In this document: one piece after another, positions 19,201 through 28,045 of the stretch
How positions within the stretch are numbered: the first letter of the stretch is position 1
Layout: each line of letters opens with the position of its first letter
Origin: Candidatus Kapaibacterium sp.
Lineage (GTDB): Bacteria; Bacteroidota; Ignavibacteria; Kapaibacteriales; UBA2268
Length of the DNA stretch: 64,000 nt
Direction: 5' to 3'
NCBI GenBank assembly: GCA_963665665.1
Contig: OY762428.1
Coordinates: 4,064,001-4,128,000, forward strand
The notes under the pieces: model-generated
What the model was told of the DNA's origin: nothing
Seen by the model: the letters and a program-made list of their open reading frames with translations, nothing else
Databases searched by the model: none
Made by a program: the position numbers and the translations under genes

Positions 19201-19700
19201 TATAGATAGAACTGATAATCAAATATTCAATCTAAAATATTAAATATTATACTATTTGTATTAAATATATAGTATTTATAATTATTTATCTAATATATCC
19301 AAGCCTTGATATAGTTCATCTAACAAAACTTTTAATATGAATAACTAAATAAATTATATATATAATTAAATAATCAGTATATTTTATTAATTTAATTCTA
19401 TAAACTATTAAATATTAATTTCAACTTATTAATTAATCAGTATATCTAATTTGTTAGGTCAATTAAATATATACTTGGATACTCAATATATTTTATAAAA
19501 GAAGAAGAAGAATTTATAAGAAACAATGATTAATGTCTTGTATGAATTATTTATTTGATTAGTTATATTATTAATATTGTAAATCTATATGATTATTTAA
19601 TAATTTGATAAATATATTTATTACAAACGCTTAAATATTTACTAATTCTTATGATATATTTCATTATTCAAATATTATAAATAATTCAAACACTTAAATA
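19201..19700. other. Extremely AT-rich non-coding core
   Basis: Manual count of 68 G+C in 480 nt (19201-19680), about 14% GC; no ORF. Confidence 0.9.
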
Positions 19701-19705
19701 TTCCA

Positions 19706-20326
19706 GATTTCAACGCTACACAAGCAATCATTACCACCAAACAAGGCAGCAATAACTACAAACAAGGCAACAATTCCTCTGACCCCTCCCAAACCCTCCC
19801 CTAAGGAGAGGGCTTTGAAGAAGAATAAGGCAACAATGACTTCAAACAAGGCAGCAATATCTTCAAACATTGGTGCAATATTCCTGACCCCTCCCAAACC
19901 CTCCCCGAAGGAGAGGGCTTTGAAGAAGAATAAGGCAATAATGACTTCGAACAACGGTATTTTGCCTCCGACCAAAGCAACAATAGGTTAAACCTTCGGT
20001 GCAATAGCGTCGACCAAGGCAGCAATTCCTCTGACCCCTCCCAAACCCTCCCCGAAGGAGAGGGCTTTGAAGAAGAATAAGGCAATAATGACTTCGAACA
20101 ACGGTGCAATAGCGTCAACCATTGGTTCATTGCTTTCGACACTTCCTACCTCCCCCTGCCCACCTCCTTCGAAAGGAGGGGGAGTTAATTCTATGTTATT
20201 TAACTTCTTATCCCCTCCTAAAGTAGGAGGGGAATACAGGGGTGGTTTTCTTGCTTTGATTTGGAACAAAGCAGCAATATCATCAAACAACGGTGTATTG
20301 CTTCGGGACATGGCAGGAATATTTTA
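19706..20326 (+). repeat. Right 21-bp array with embedded REP-like palindromes
   Basis: Units RAACAAGGCAGCAATnnnnnn at 19718, 19739, 19760, 19823, 19844, 19865, 19928...20138, 20264, 20285, 20306; three CCCCTCCCAAACCCTCCCCGAAGGAGAGGG-type copies and one inverted pair at ~20148-20246. Confidence 0.88.
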
Positions 20327-20355
20327 TGATTATGAATAAATTACAACATACGAAT

Positions 20356-20383
20356 AAAAAGAGACGCAGTGTATTGCGTCTCT
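20356..20383 (-). terminator. Hairpin terminator (REP-like) downstream of the VOC gene
   Basis: AGAGACGCA-GTGTAT-TGCGTCTCT with an A-tract on the left, which is a U-tract on the minus strand. Confidence 0.65.
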
Positions 20384-20458
20384 ATAATGAAATCTCGTTG
20401 AAATAATATGGTGATTTCAGGTTATCTGAAGAAAAAAGCCGATATAATTAGCGTCTTA

Positions 20459-21232
20459 TTACTGAACCACGCCGAATGCCGCACCCTGAGGATCGCGAAC
20501 CACAACAAAGTAGCCGACGCCTTCGGCATGAGCTTTTGGCATGAGTATTTCTCCGCCACCGGCAGTTGCTTTTTCGATAAGCAAGTCAATATTATCTGTC
20601 TGGAAGTATGGCATCCAATGGGAAGGAATATCTTTGAGCATTTCGGGCATTATATACAGGCCGCCAACCATTTCTTCGCCAAGAAGGAAAGTGGTGTATT
20701 CCATATCGCCCATTTTTTCGGTTTTAGATGTCCATCCGAAAACTTTTTCCAGAGCAGGTATTGATTTTTCCGGTTCGTGGCTTCCGTGTTCGTTCCAGCA
20801 CATAGCGCCGGGTACGTTTTTCAGCATTGCTCCTGAGTAGTCTTTTGCCTGCCACAGCCCGACAACAGCACCTTCAGGATCCATCATCACAGCCATTCTT
20901 CCCTCGTTCCCAACGTTTGTAGGTTCCATATGGAAAATGCAACCGAATTCTTTAGCTTTGGCAGTAGTTTCATCGCAATTATCAACACTGACATACGGAA
21001 GCCAGTTCGGCGGGATATTCATTTTTTTCATTTCTTCGCAAATCGCATACAAAGCTCCAACGGGCTTGTCATCAAGATAAAGCATGGTGTAAACCATACC
21101 ATTTTGTTCGGGCATGTCTTTTGCCGTCCAGCCGAAAAGGTCTGCGTAAAATTTCTTTGCTCCGTCAGTATCGCTTGTTGCCAAATCCACCCAGCAGAAA
21201 ACGCCGTTTTTGTAATCTTTAATTTCTTCCAT
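20459..21232 (-). CDS. Two-domain VOC/glyoxalase protein (Rv0577/CFP32-like)
   Basis: GVFCWVDL, AKKFYADLFGW, WLPYVSV, DPEGAVVGLWQ and a repeated second domain; GGAG upstream of ATG 21232. Confidence 0.88.
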   Translation of the reverse strand: MEEIKDYKNGVFCWVDLATSDTDGAKKFYADLFGWTAKDMPEQNGMVYTMLYLDDKPVGALYAICEEMKKMNIPPNWLPYVSVDNCDETTAKAKEFGCIFHMEPTNVGNEGRMAVMMDPEGAVVGLWQAKDYSGAMLKNVPGAMCWNEHGSHEPEKSIPALEKVFGWTSKTEKMGDMEYTTFLLGEEMVGGLYIMPEMLKDIPSHWMPYFQTDNIDLLIEKATAGGGEILMPKAHAEGVGYFVVVRDPQGAAFGVVQ

Positions 21233-21361
21233 TATTTCTCCCAAAGTTAAAAAATTAAATATTTTGTTTATAACGATAATCATAAAAAAATAGTTCTGTT
21301 ATTTTTCAATGAGTATCTGGTTCAAATATAATAATGGAACTATGACAACAGAATGTCACAA

Positions 21362-23284
21362 TTATTTCGGGGATGAAAATTTTTCTGCAGGAAGTGTAAA
21401 AATGAAGTTTGAACCTTCACCGGGCTTACTTGTAACCCTGATATTGCCTCCGTTTTTCTCAACAAATTCTTTTGCCAGAATCAGCCCCAGTCCGGTACCT
21501 TTTTCGTTATTTGTTCCGGGAGTAGAAATGTTTTCATCAATCCTGAACAGTTTGTCAATAATATCTTTTTTCATACCAACACCTGTATCAAGAACGGAAA
21601 TTGTTACCATCTTTCCTGTTTCAGCAAAAGATTCCGAAGCATTTAGAATAATACTGCCGTTCACCGGGGTAAATTTTACAGCGTTGCTCAGCAGGTTTCT
21701 GAGAACGGTAATAATCATGTTCGAATCAAAGTAAGCACTGATACTATTATCAATTTTATTTTCAATAATAATATCCTTTTCAGCAATAACCACCGAAAGA
21801 CTGGAAACAACATTGTCAGCTATGAAACGAATATTTGTGATTTCCGGGTTGAATGGTATAACACCTCTTTGTGAGCGCGACCAGTTCAGAAGGTTTTCCA
21901 GAAGGGAATATACATTTTTCGCGGAAGTTTTCATCAGGTCTATCAATTCCATTCGCTCGTCTTTATTCATGTCATCGTAGCTTTTTTCAATATATTCGGC
22001 AAGGCTTACAAAACTGCCAATCGGGTTTTTCAGGTCATGGGCAATAATTGAGAAAAATTTATCTTTTGTTGCATTTGCTTCCAAAAGTTCCTGTTCTTTG
22101 TTGTGATAATCAGTATTGTCGTGAGCAATAAAAATAATTCTGTTTTCGGAAATATATCCAACTTTTGCACGGAACCAGAAATTTTTATTTCCAACGGCAA
22201 GTGGGTAATCTATTACAACCTGATTTTTAGTTTCATAGCATTTTCTGATAGCATTGTGGAAGAGCTCGGCTTTGTCCTTCGGGAAAATTTCATAAACACT
22301 TTTGCCAAGCATCTCATTTCTGGGTTTGAATAACAGGTTTTCATTTGCCGGAGCAATATTTGTGTAAACAGCATCGGGATTGAATTCAATAACCAGGTCG
22401 TTCATGGAAAAGAATAATCCTTTAAGCTCATTTTCATTTTCGCGTATTTTCAATATAGCCCTGATGAGCTGCCAGATCAGAATGCTGATTATCAAAGATG
22501 CAGCAAGAAGGGAATATTTCATGATAGAGAAATTTGTTATTCCCTGATCCCAGCCGTTTACAGGCACAGCTGATAGTACCCAGCTTCCGGTTGGCAACTG
22601 GATTTTAACTGAAATGGGTTCAAGTGAATTGATTCTGGTATCTCCCCAGAAAATACTGCCATAATCACCTTTTCCGTCTTCACCTTTGATTGAAAAATAC
22701 AGGCCATCTTTTTCAGGGAATAATCCTGCCTCACGGAAAAGCTGATCTCTTTTGATAACAATATCTGTCATTCCCCAAAAAGGCTTTCTAACTGAATCCG
22801 TGGCAATAAATATCGGTGTATATGAAATAAAGGCTATACCACCTTCAACAAGTTCAACGGGTCCGGCAACGAATGTCAGGCCGGTTGTAATAGTGTTTTC
22901 AACAATTTCACGCCTTTGGGGATGATCAAGTAAATCGAGCCCGATAGCTTCTTCGTGCCCTTTATATGGGAATATCATGCTGATCCTGCAATCTTTAGCA
23001 ATGGATATGGTAGATATTACTGAATCCCCGGATATCATATTTCCGGCCATCATTGTGAACTCTTCATCGCTGATCTCAGGTTTCATTGAAACATAAGAGG
23101 CTACGCCTTTGGTATAATAAATCCTTGAATAAAGGGCCTTTTCAAGAGCAGACTTTTTTGAAACCAATATATCGGTAACATGCGACTTGAAACTTTTCTC
23201 TGATTTCGACACTGAATATTGATGATATTTATAGATTAATACTGAAGCTGTAACAAAAAATAGTATAGCAACAAATAGTGGCAA
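21362..23284 (-). CDS. Sensor histidine kinase (CHASE-PAS-HisKA-HATPase)
   Basis: VAGPVELVEGG CHASE motif, IIAHDLKNP H-box, NLLSNAVKFT, DTGVG, GTGLGL. Confidence 0.9.
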   Translation of the reverse strand: MPLFVAILFFVTASVLIYKYHQYSVSKSEKSFKSHVTDILVSKKSALEKALYSRIYYTKGVASYVSMKPEISDEEFTMMAGNMISGDSVISTISIAKDCRISMIFPYKGHEEAIGLDLLDHPQRREIVENTITTGLTFVAGPVELVEGGIAFISYTPIFIATDSVRKPFWGMTDIVIKRDQLFREAGLFPEKDGLYFSIKGEDGKGDYGSIFWGDTRINSLEPISVKIQLPTGSWVLSAVPVNGWDQGITNFSIMKYSLLAASLIISILIWQLIRAILKIRENENELKGLFFSMNDLVIEFNPDAVYTNIAPANENLLFKPRNEMLGKSVYEIFPKDKAELFHNAIRKCYETKNQVVIDYPLAVGNKNFWFRAKVGYISENRIIFIAHDNTDYHNKEQELLEANATKDKFFSIIAHDLKNPIGSFVSLAEYIEKSYDDMNKDERMELIDLMKTSAKNVYSLLENLLNWSRSQRGVIPFNPEITNIRFIADNVVSSLSVVIAEKDIIIENKIDNSISAYFDSNMIITVLRNLLSNAVKFTPVNGSIILNASESFAETGKMVTISVLDTGVGMKKDIIDKLFRIDENISTPGTNNEKGTGLGLILAKEFVEKNGGNIRVTSKPGEGSNFIFTLPAEKFSSPK

Positions 23285-23347
23285 TTTTCGAATATGTTTA
23301 GATATATTGATGAAATTACTCCGTTTACACTATTAACAGAATCACAA

Positions 23348-23483
23348 ATATTTATCCCAAAGATGACTTCGGGGACAGATTCCGCAGCAAACCTTTGTGT
23401 ATTTAACCTCCCACATTGGCGGGATCGCCGGGGCTGCCAAACGCCATATATCTGCTATGGATTTGAGCCTCGCGGATAAATAT
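23348..23483 (-). ncRNA. Putative 6S-like structured RNA
   Basis: Perfect 10-bp closing stem ATATTTATCC/GGATAAATAT; inner stem UAGCAGAU/GUUUGCUG whose G-U pairs favour the minus strand; apical UCCCGC-CAAU-GUGGGA; GC-rich island between genes. Confidence 0.45.
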
Positions 23484-23499
23484 ATAAATAATTATTAAC

Positions 23500-23694
23500 T
23501 TATTCAACATTTCCTTTTATTTCAATTATCTTTTGTTCCGCCTTTTCAAGGAATTCTTTAAGTTCTATGGATAGTTTCATGCCCTCTTCATATTTCCTGA
23601 TCATTTCTTCGATAGGAATATCAGCTGATTCCAACTGAGAGACAATCTCTTCCAATGCGTTTATTTTATTTTCAAATGATATTTTCTTTGCCAT
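23500..23694 (-). CDS. xseB: Exodeoxyribonuclease VII small subunit
   Basis: SFENKINALEEIVSQLE, YEEGMKL, AEQKI. Confidence 0.92.
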   Translation of the reverse strand: MAKKISFENKINALEEIVSQLESADIPIEEMIRKYEEGMKLSIELKEFLEKAEQKIIEIKGNVE

Positions 23695-23702
23695 GATATT
23701 AC

Positions 23703-24896
23703 CTAAACTTTATTTTTGGATATTTTTTTTACTTCAACATGGGCAGTTTCGTTCTGCCTGTATATATCAACATTTTTATAATCTGCGAGGCTTTGATTTT
23801 TTCCAATGATAATATTTGATGATTTCAAAATCGCAAAACCATTTTCCAGTGGCCGTAACGGATACAGATTCCTGCATAAAGAATCCAGGTTTTCAAGTTT
23901 ATTCCTCTTTTTTTCAAGTGTCAGGCTGATATTTCTATTCAGCATTGAATGCAGATCATCAATTCTTTGCGACGGGATATTGATCTTATCTTCAAGCCGC
24001 CTGGATATAGCCGGGCTGTTTATTTCGTCAAGTTTTTCTTTCACATCTTCAATTCGCAAAGAAGCTGAATTCTTCATTTTTTCCTGTATGGTTTCCAGGC
24101 CTTTAAGCAAATCACTGGTGGTGAACGGCGAAGCCAGTTCCGCTGCTGCCGTTGGGGTTGCCGCCCTTATATCGGCTACAAAATCCGAAATGGTAAAATC
24201 TGTTTCGTGCCCCACAGCCGATATGACAGGTTTTTCCGAATTAAATATTGCATTTGCAACTTCCTCTGTATTGAATGCCCACAGGTCCTCGAGCGAGCCA
24301 CCGCCACGGCCAATAATTATTAGATCAATATTCTGGCGGTTCAATTCATTGATTGCACGAACAATATCGGGGGCTGCTTCATCTCCCTGCACTATTACCG
24401 GCCGGAAATAGATATTTGCAGCGGGAAACCTTCTTTCCAGGGTGCTGAAAATATCTCTTACGGCAGCGCCGGTTGGTGAAGTTGCAACACCAATATTCAA
24501 CGGGAAACGGGGGAGAGGGCGCTTTCTTTCCCTGTCGAAGAAACCATCGTTTTCAAGTTTTTCTTTAAGTGCTTCGAAAGCCATGAACAGGTCTCCCTGA
24601 CCTTGCGGCAGCATACTGATACAATCTATCTGATAATTGCCGCGAGGCGGATAAACTGTAATCCTGCCACGGATAATGACTTTCATGCCGTCAGTAGGGC
24701 GGAAATTTAATGTTCTGCTTCTCCACATGGTACAGGAAATCTGTGCACCGGAATCTTTCAGGGTAAAGTATCTGTGTCCTGAACTGTGATGTTTGAAATT
24801 TGATATTTCACCGCTGACCGATATTGAAGAAAAACCTTCTTCAAGAGTATATTTAATTCTGTCCGTCAGTTGGCTAACCGATAATGTGCTATTCAT
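23703..24896 (-). CDS. xseA: Exodeoxyribonuclease VII large subunit
   Basis: GEISNF, SGHRYFTLKD, RGGGSLEDLWAFN, SAVGHETD, AATPTAAAE. Confidence 0.95.
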   Translation of the reverse strand: MNSTLSVSQLTDRIKYTLEEGFSSISVSGEISNFKHHSSGHRYFTLKDSGAQISCTMWRSRTLNFRPTDGMKVIIRGRITVYPPRGNYQIDCISMLPQGQGDLFMAFEALKEKLENDGFFDRERKRPLPRFPLNIGVATSPTGAAVRDIFSTLERRFPAANIYFRPVIVQGDEAAPDIVRAINELNRQNIDLIIIGRGGGSLEDLWAFNTEEVANAIFNSEKPVISAVGHETDFTISDFVADIRAATPTAAAELASPFTTSDLLKGLETIQEKMKNSASLRIEDVKEKLDEINSPAISRRLEDKINIPSQRIDDLHSMLNRNISLTLEKKRNKLENLDSLCRNLYPLRPLENGFAILKSSNIIIGKNQSLADYKNVDIYRQNETAHVEVKKISKNKV

Positions 24897-24906
24897 ATAT
24901 TATCCT

Positions 24907-25560
24907 TCATATCTTCCAGCTTTTGTTACAATAAATTGCGTCGATAAATTTGTATTCAAGAAAAGTGGATTGATAATAAATTTCATCCATGCTATATTTC
25001 ATTGATTCATCAGCTTTCGAATATAAACTTTCCAGATATTTAGCAAATTTTCTTGTAACAGCGATATACTCATCCGAAACATAAGTGTTCAGCCAATCAT
25101 CGTATAAGTTATCAGATTCCCTTATCTGATCCATAGAAAGCCCCTGTTCCAGGTAATTAACAAAGCAGGGCAGAAGGGCTGCCGTTGCAACAGGGTATGG
25201 CTTGTATGCTGTGGCATTCATAATGTGGTCTTCGTATGCCTTGCACCATGGCAGCGGGGTTTCGGCGGGTTGAACGCTGAATTGATCGAAAAGCCGGGTC
25301 TGTAATTCCTGTTCCATTTCAATTCCGTCGTTTGCAAGGGTAAACCAAAATTGCATTTCATCATTTCCTGGAGCCCGCGAAGCCAGCATTAACAGTGCTC
25401 GGGAATAAGCCTGAAGATAAAGATTATCCTGGGCCAGATAACGCCTGAAAATTTCAATATCAAGCGAACCCTTTGCAAGTTCAACATTGAATGGATGATT
25501 TATTGTCTTTTCAAGAACCTGCTCTGATTTTTTTTTAAAATGTTCGCTGAAATTATTCAT
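24907..25560 (-). CDS. tenA: TenA (thiaminase II / aminopyrimidine aminohydrolase), Cys-containing type
   Basis: HPFNVELAKGSL, YLAQDNLYL, ALLPC, LEYKF; start at MNNFSEH overlapping the thiD end. Confidence 0.85.
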   Translation of the reverse strand: MNNFSEHFKKKSEQVLEKTINHPFNVELAKGSLDIEIFRRYLAQDNLYLQAYSRALLMLASRAPGNDEMQFWFTLANDGIEMEQELQTRLFDQFSVQPAETPLPWCKAYEDHIMNATAYKPYPVATAALLPCFVNYLEQGLSMDQIRESDNLYDDWLNTYVSDEYIAVTRKFAKYLESLYSKADESMKYSMDEIYYQSTFLEYKFIDAIYCNKSWKI

Positions 25561-26377
25561 CGTTTTTATTCCTGTATGCATAAAAATGATCAACCGGGCC
25601 GTGACCTTTGCCAATATTTTGTTTGCTGCCTGATTCAATAGCAGCAATAATATATTTTTTTCCCTCTCGGACAGCATCTTCAACAGAATATCCTTTTGCT
25701 ATCCATGCTGCTATGGCAGAGGAAAGGGTACATCCGGTACCATGAGTATTTTTTGAATCTACCCTGATGCCGGGATAAGTTGTTTTCCTGAACCTACCAG
25801 CTTCCATGAAGAAAAGAAAATCATCACTTTCTTTGCCTGATGAATGTCCGCCCTTAATAAGAACAGAATCGCAACCTGATCCCATCAGGTCCTGCCCGGC
25901 TTTTTCAATTGTCTCGATGTTGGTAATTGAATATCCCGCGAGTACTTCCGCTTCGGGAATATTAGGTGTAATTATTCTTGCTAAAGGTATGAGTTCTGTC
26001 TTCATTGCGTCAACGGCTTCCTCGCGAAGCAATTTATCACCGCTTTTGGCAACCATTACCGGATCGAGAACAATGTTTTCCACTTTATATTCTTTTAGTT
26101 TGCCGGCGACTTCTGCAATAATTTCGGGCCTGTGCAGCATTCCGATTTTGACTGCATCAGCGCCGATATCTGAAAGAACAGCGTCTATCTGGTCAGCAAT
26201 AAAATCCGGGCTCACCTCGAAAATTGATTTTACCTCAACGGTGTTCTGTGCCGTCAGAGCTGTAATAACAGACATAGCATAGCATCCGTTAGCGGATATG
26301 GATTTTATATCAGCCTGGATACCTGCACCGCCTCCACTGTCCGATCCGGCAATGGTTAGTACTTTTTTATACTGCAT
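25553..26377 (-). CDS. thiD: HMP/HMP-P kinase
   Basis: LTIAGSDSGGGAGIQAD, VKIGML, DPVMVAKSG, THGTGCTLS, GHGPVDHF. Confidence 0.95.
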   Translation of the reverse strand: MQYKKVLTIAGSDSGGGAGIQADIKSISANGCYAMSVITALTAQNTVEVKSIFEVSPDFIADQIDAVLSDIGADAVKIGMLHRPEIIAEVAGKLKEYKVENIVLDPVMVAKSGDKLLREEAVDAMKTELIPLARIITPNIPEAEVLAGYSITNIETIEKAGQDLMGSGCDSVLIKGGHSSGKESDDFLFFMEAGRFRKTTYPGIRVDSKNTHGTGCTLSSAIAAWIAKGYSVEDAVREGKKYIIAAIESGSKQNIGKGHGPVDHFYAYRNKNDE

Positions 26378-26397
26378 TTTTATAATTCAATATTTGT

Positions 26398-27405
26398 TCA
26401 ACTTTTGTTAAAATGATCAAAACCCCTGTAATTCATATTTTCTGTTCCGTCATCAGAAATATATCTTACTTTACCGGAATCATTTATTTTTCCTATAACG
26501 TAGAGTTCCTTGTCAAATTTCTTTTTATATTCGGTTTTTACTATGTCAATTTCATTTGCCGAAATCGTCATCAGAAGGCAATAATCCTCTCCGCCGTTCA
26601 GGGCTTTTTGAAGCGGGTTGATATTATTTATCTCGCAGTGGATTTTTAATTGTTCGGTCATGGGAATTTTTTCAAGATAAATTTCAGCTCCGGCTTTCGA
26701 GCGGCTTGTAATATGTTCTAAATCCGATGCAATACCGTCGGATATATCCATCATCGAATTAACGCTTTTAAAATCCGAAAGAAAGCGCCCCTCGCGGATA
26801 AAAGGTTCGGGCATAAGATGCCTGTTAACCAGATACTGATGAATTGATGACAATTGCTGATCATTATCCATAATAATATCCAGTCCTGCGGCCGAATCGC
26901 CAAGATAATCGCTAACACAAATATAATCTCCGGGTTTTGCTCCGGAGCGATATTTTATGTTGCTGTTTTGCGATTTACCAATTACTGTAACATTTATACA
27001 AATCTTTCCGGTAGATCCTGTTGTATCTCCCCCGAGTAAAGGGCAGGTATATTTCTCTGACAATTCCCGGTAGCCTTTGTAAAAATCATCAATCCAGCTG
27101 ACTTCCACATCTTTGGGCAAGGATAATGATATGAAGCTGCCAATTGGCCTGCCGCCCATTGCTGCAATATCACTTAGGTTAACTGCGAGCGACTTATAAC
27201 CCAATTGAACCGGGCTTATGGATTCCAGTAAAAAATGTACATCTTCAACGAGCATATCGGTAGTTACAAGTATTGATTCATCGTTGTTTATTCGAATTAC
27301 AGAACAATCATCGCCAATGCCTAAAGTATTATCCTTGACTAAAGGATCAAAATTTCCTGCAATCCTTGATATAAATCCGAATTCTCCCAAATCAGAAAGC
27401 TTCAT
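26398..27405 (-). CDS. thiL: Thiamine-monophosphate kinase
   Basis: GEFGFI, GIGDDC, NLSDIAAMGG, GGDTT, MDISDG, GGEDY. Confidence 0.95.
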   Translation of the reverse strand: MKLSDLGEFGFISRIAGNFDPLVKDNTLGIGDDCSVIRINNDESILVTTDMLVEDVHFLLESISPVQLGYKSLAVNLSDIAAMGGRPIGSFISLSLPKDVEVSWIDDFYKGYRELSEKYTCPLLGGDTTGSTGKICINVTVIGKSQNSNIKYRSGAKPGDYICVSDYLGDSAAGLDIIMDNDQQLSSIHQYLVNRHLMPEPFIREGRFLSDFKSVNSMMDISDGIASDLEHITSRSKAGAEIYLEKIPMTEQLKIHCEINNINPLQKALNGGEDYCLLMTISANEIDIVKTEYKKKFDKELYVIGKINDSGKVRYISDDGTENMNYRGFDHFNKS

Positions 27406-28045
27406 TTTCACCTCGGGTTGCCCGAACAATATTCATAAGTTCCCTTGCTGAAGATTCCTGATCCGGAGAAGACACGATTGCTGAAACAACAGCTATTCCG
27501 TCGGCTCCGGCTTTGATAATATCCGAAGCGTTTGTTTTGTTTATACCGCCAATTGCTACGGCAGGATGGCGTGATTTTTTGCAGGCTTTACTTACTCCGT
27601 CAAGCCCAAATGGAGGCTGTGTGTCAGTTTTAGTCGGAGTTGAAAACACCGGGCTGATTCCGATATAATCAACATCAAGATTATTAGCTGATTCAACCTG
27701 TTCAATATTTTCCACGGATAAACCAATAATAGCATCGCTTCCGAGATACTTCCTGGCAATTTCATAGGGCATATCACTTTGGCCGATATGAATACCATCA
27801 GCGCCTGAAGCAAGGGCAATATCCAGCCTGTCGTTGATAATAAGCGGAATATTTTTGTCTTGCAATATTTTTTTAAGATTGATTGCCAATTCCAGGAATT
27901 CCCTTGTGGAACAATGCTTTTCCCTGAGCTGTACGATAGTAACACCGCCGGACACAGCGGCCCGGACGGTGTCCTCGATAGTTCTTCCCAAGGATAGTTC
28001 CCTGTCCGTTACAAGGTAAAGACTCAGGTCGATATCCTTTTTCAT
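27392..28045 (-). CDS. thiE: Thiamine-phosphate synthase
   Basis: LYLVTD, VQLREK, IINDRLD, HIGQSD, TPTK, AIGGI. Confidence 0.95.
   Translation of the reverse strand: MKKDIDLSLYLVTDRELSLGRTIEDTVRAAVSGGVTIVQLREKHCSTREFLELAINLKKILQDKNIPLIINDRLDIALASGADGIHIGQSDMPYEIARKYLGSDAIIGLSVENIEQVESANNLDVDYIGISPVFSTPTKTDTQPPFGLDGVSKACKKSRHPAVAIGGINKTNASDIIKAGADGIAVVSAIVSSPDQESSARELMNIVRATRGENEAF

Noticed and set aside
18697-19209. Plus-strand ORFs of 170 aa and 130 aa (LFRLIAC.. / CSASLLA..)
   Set aside because: Reading-frame shadows of the 21-bp repeat; the variation is non-synonymous in these frames and the composition is implausible
19201-19700. Classical DnaA-dependent oriC
   Set aside because: No TTATCCACA-type boxes seen and no dnaA/dnaN/gidA nearby, so it is not called oriC; a non-canonical origin stays open
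19779-20105. CRISPR-like pattern: three ~65-bp direct repeats with a hairpin separated by variable sequence
   Set aside because: The repeats are too long, the spacers are themselves 21-bp array units of unequal total length, and no cas gene is present
19694-20339. Four short overlapping ORFs in the right array
   Set aside because: They translate repeat and REP sequence, are interrupted by stops and show no family motifs
23294-23479. 61-aa plus-strand ORF between the kinase and xseB
   Set aside because: It overlaps the structured-RNA candidate, runs opposite to both neighbours and has no protein features
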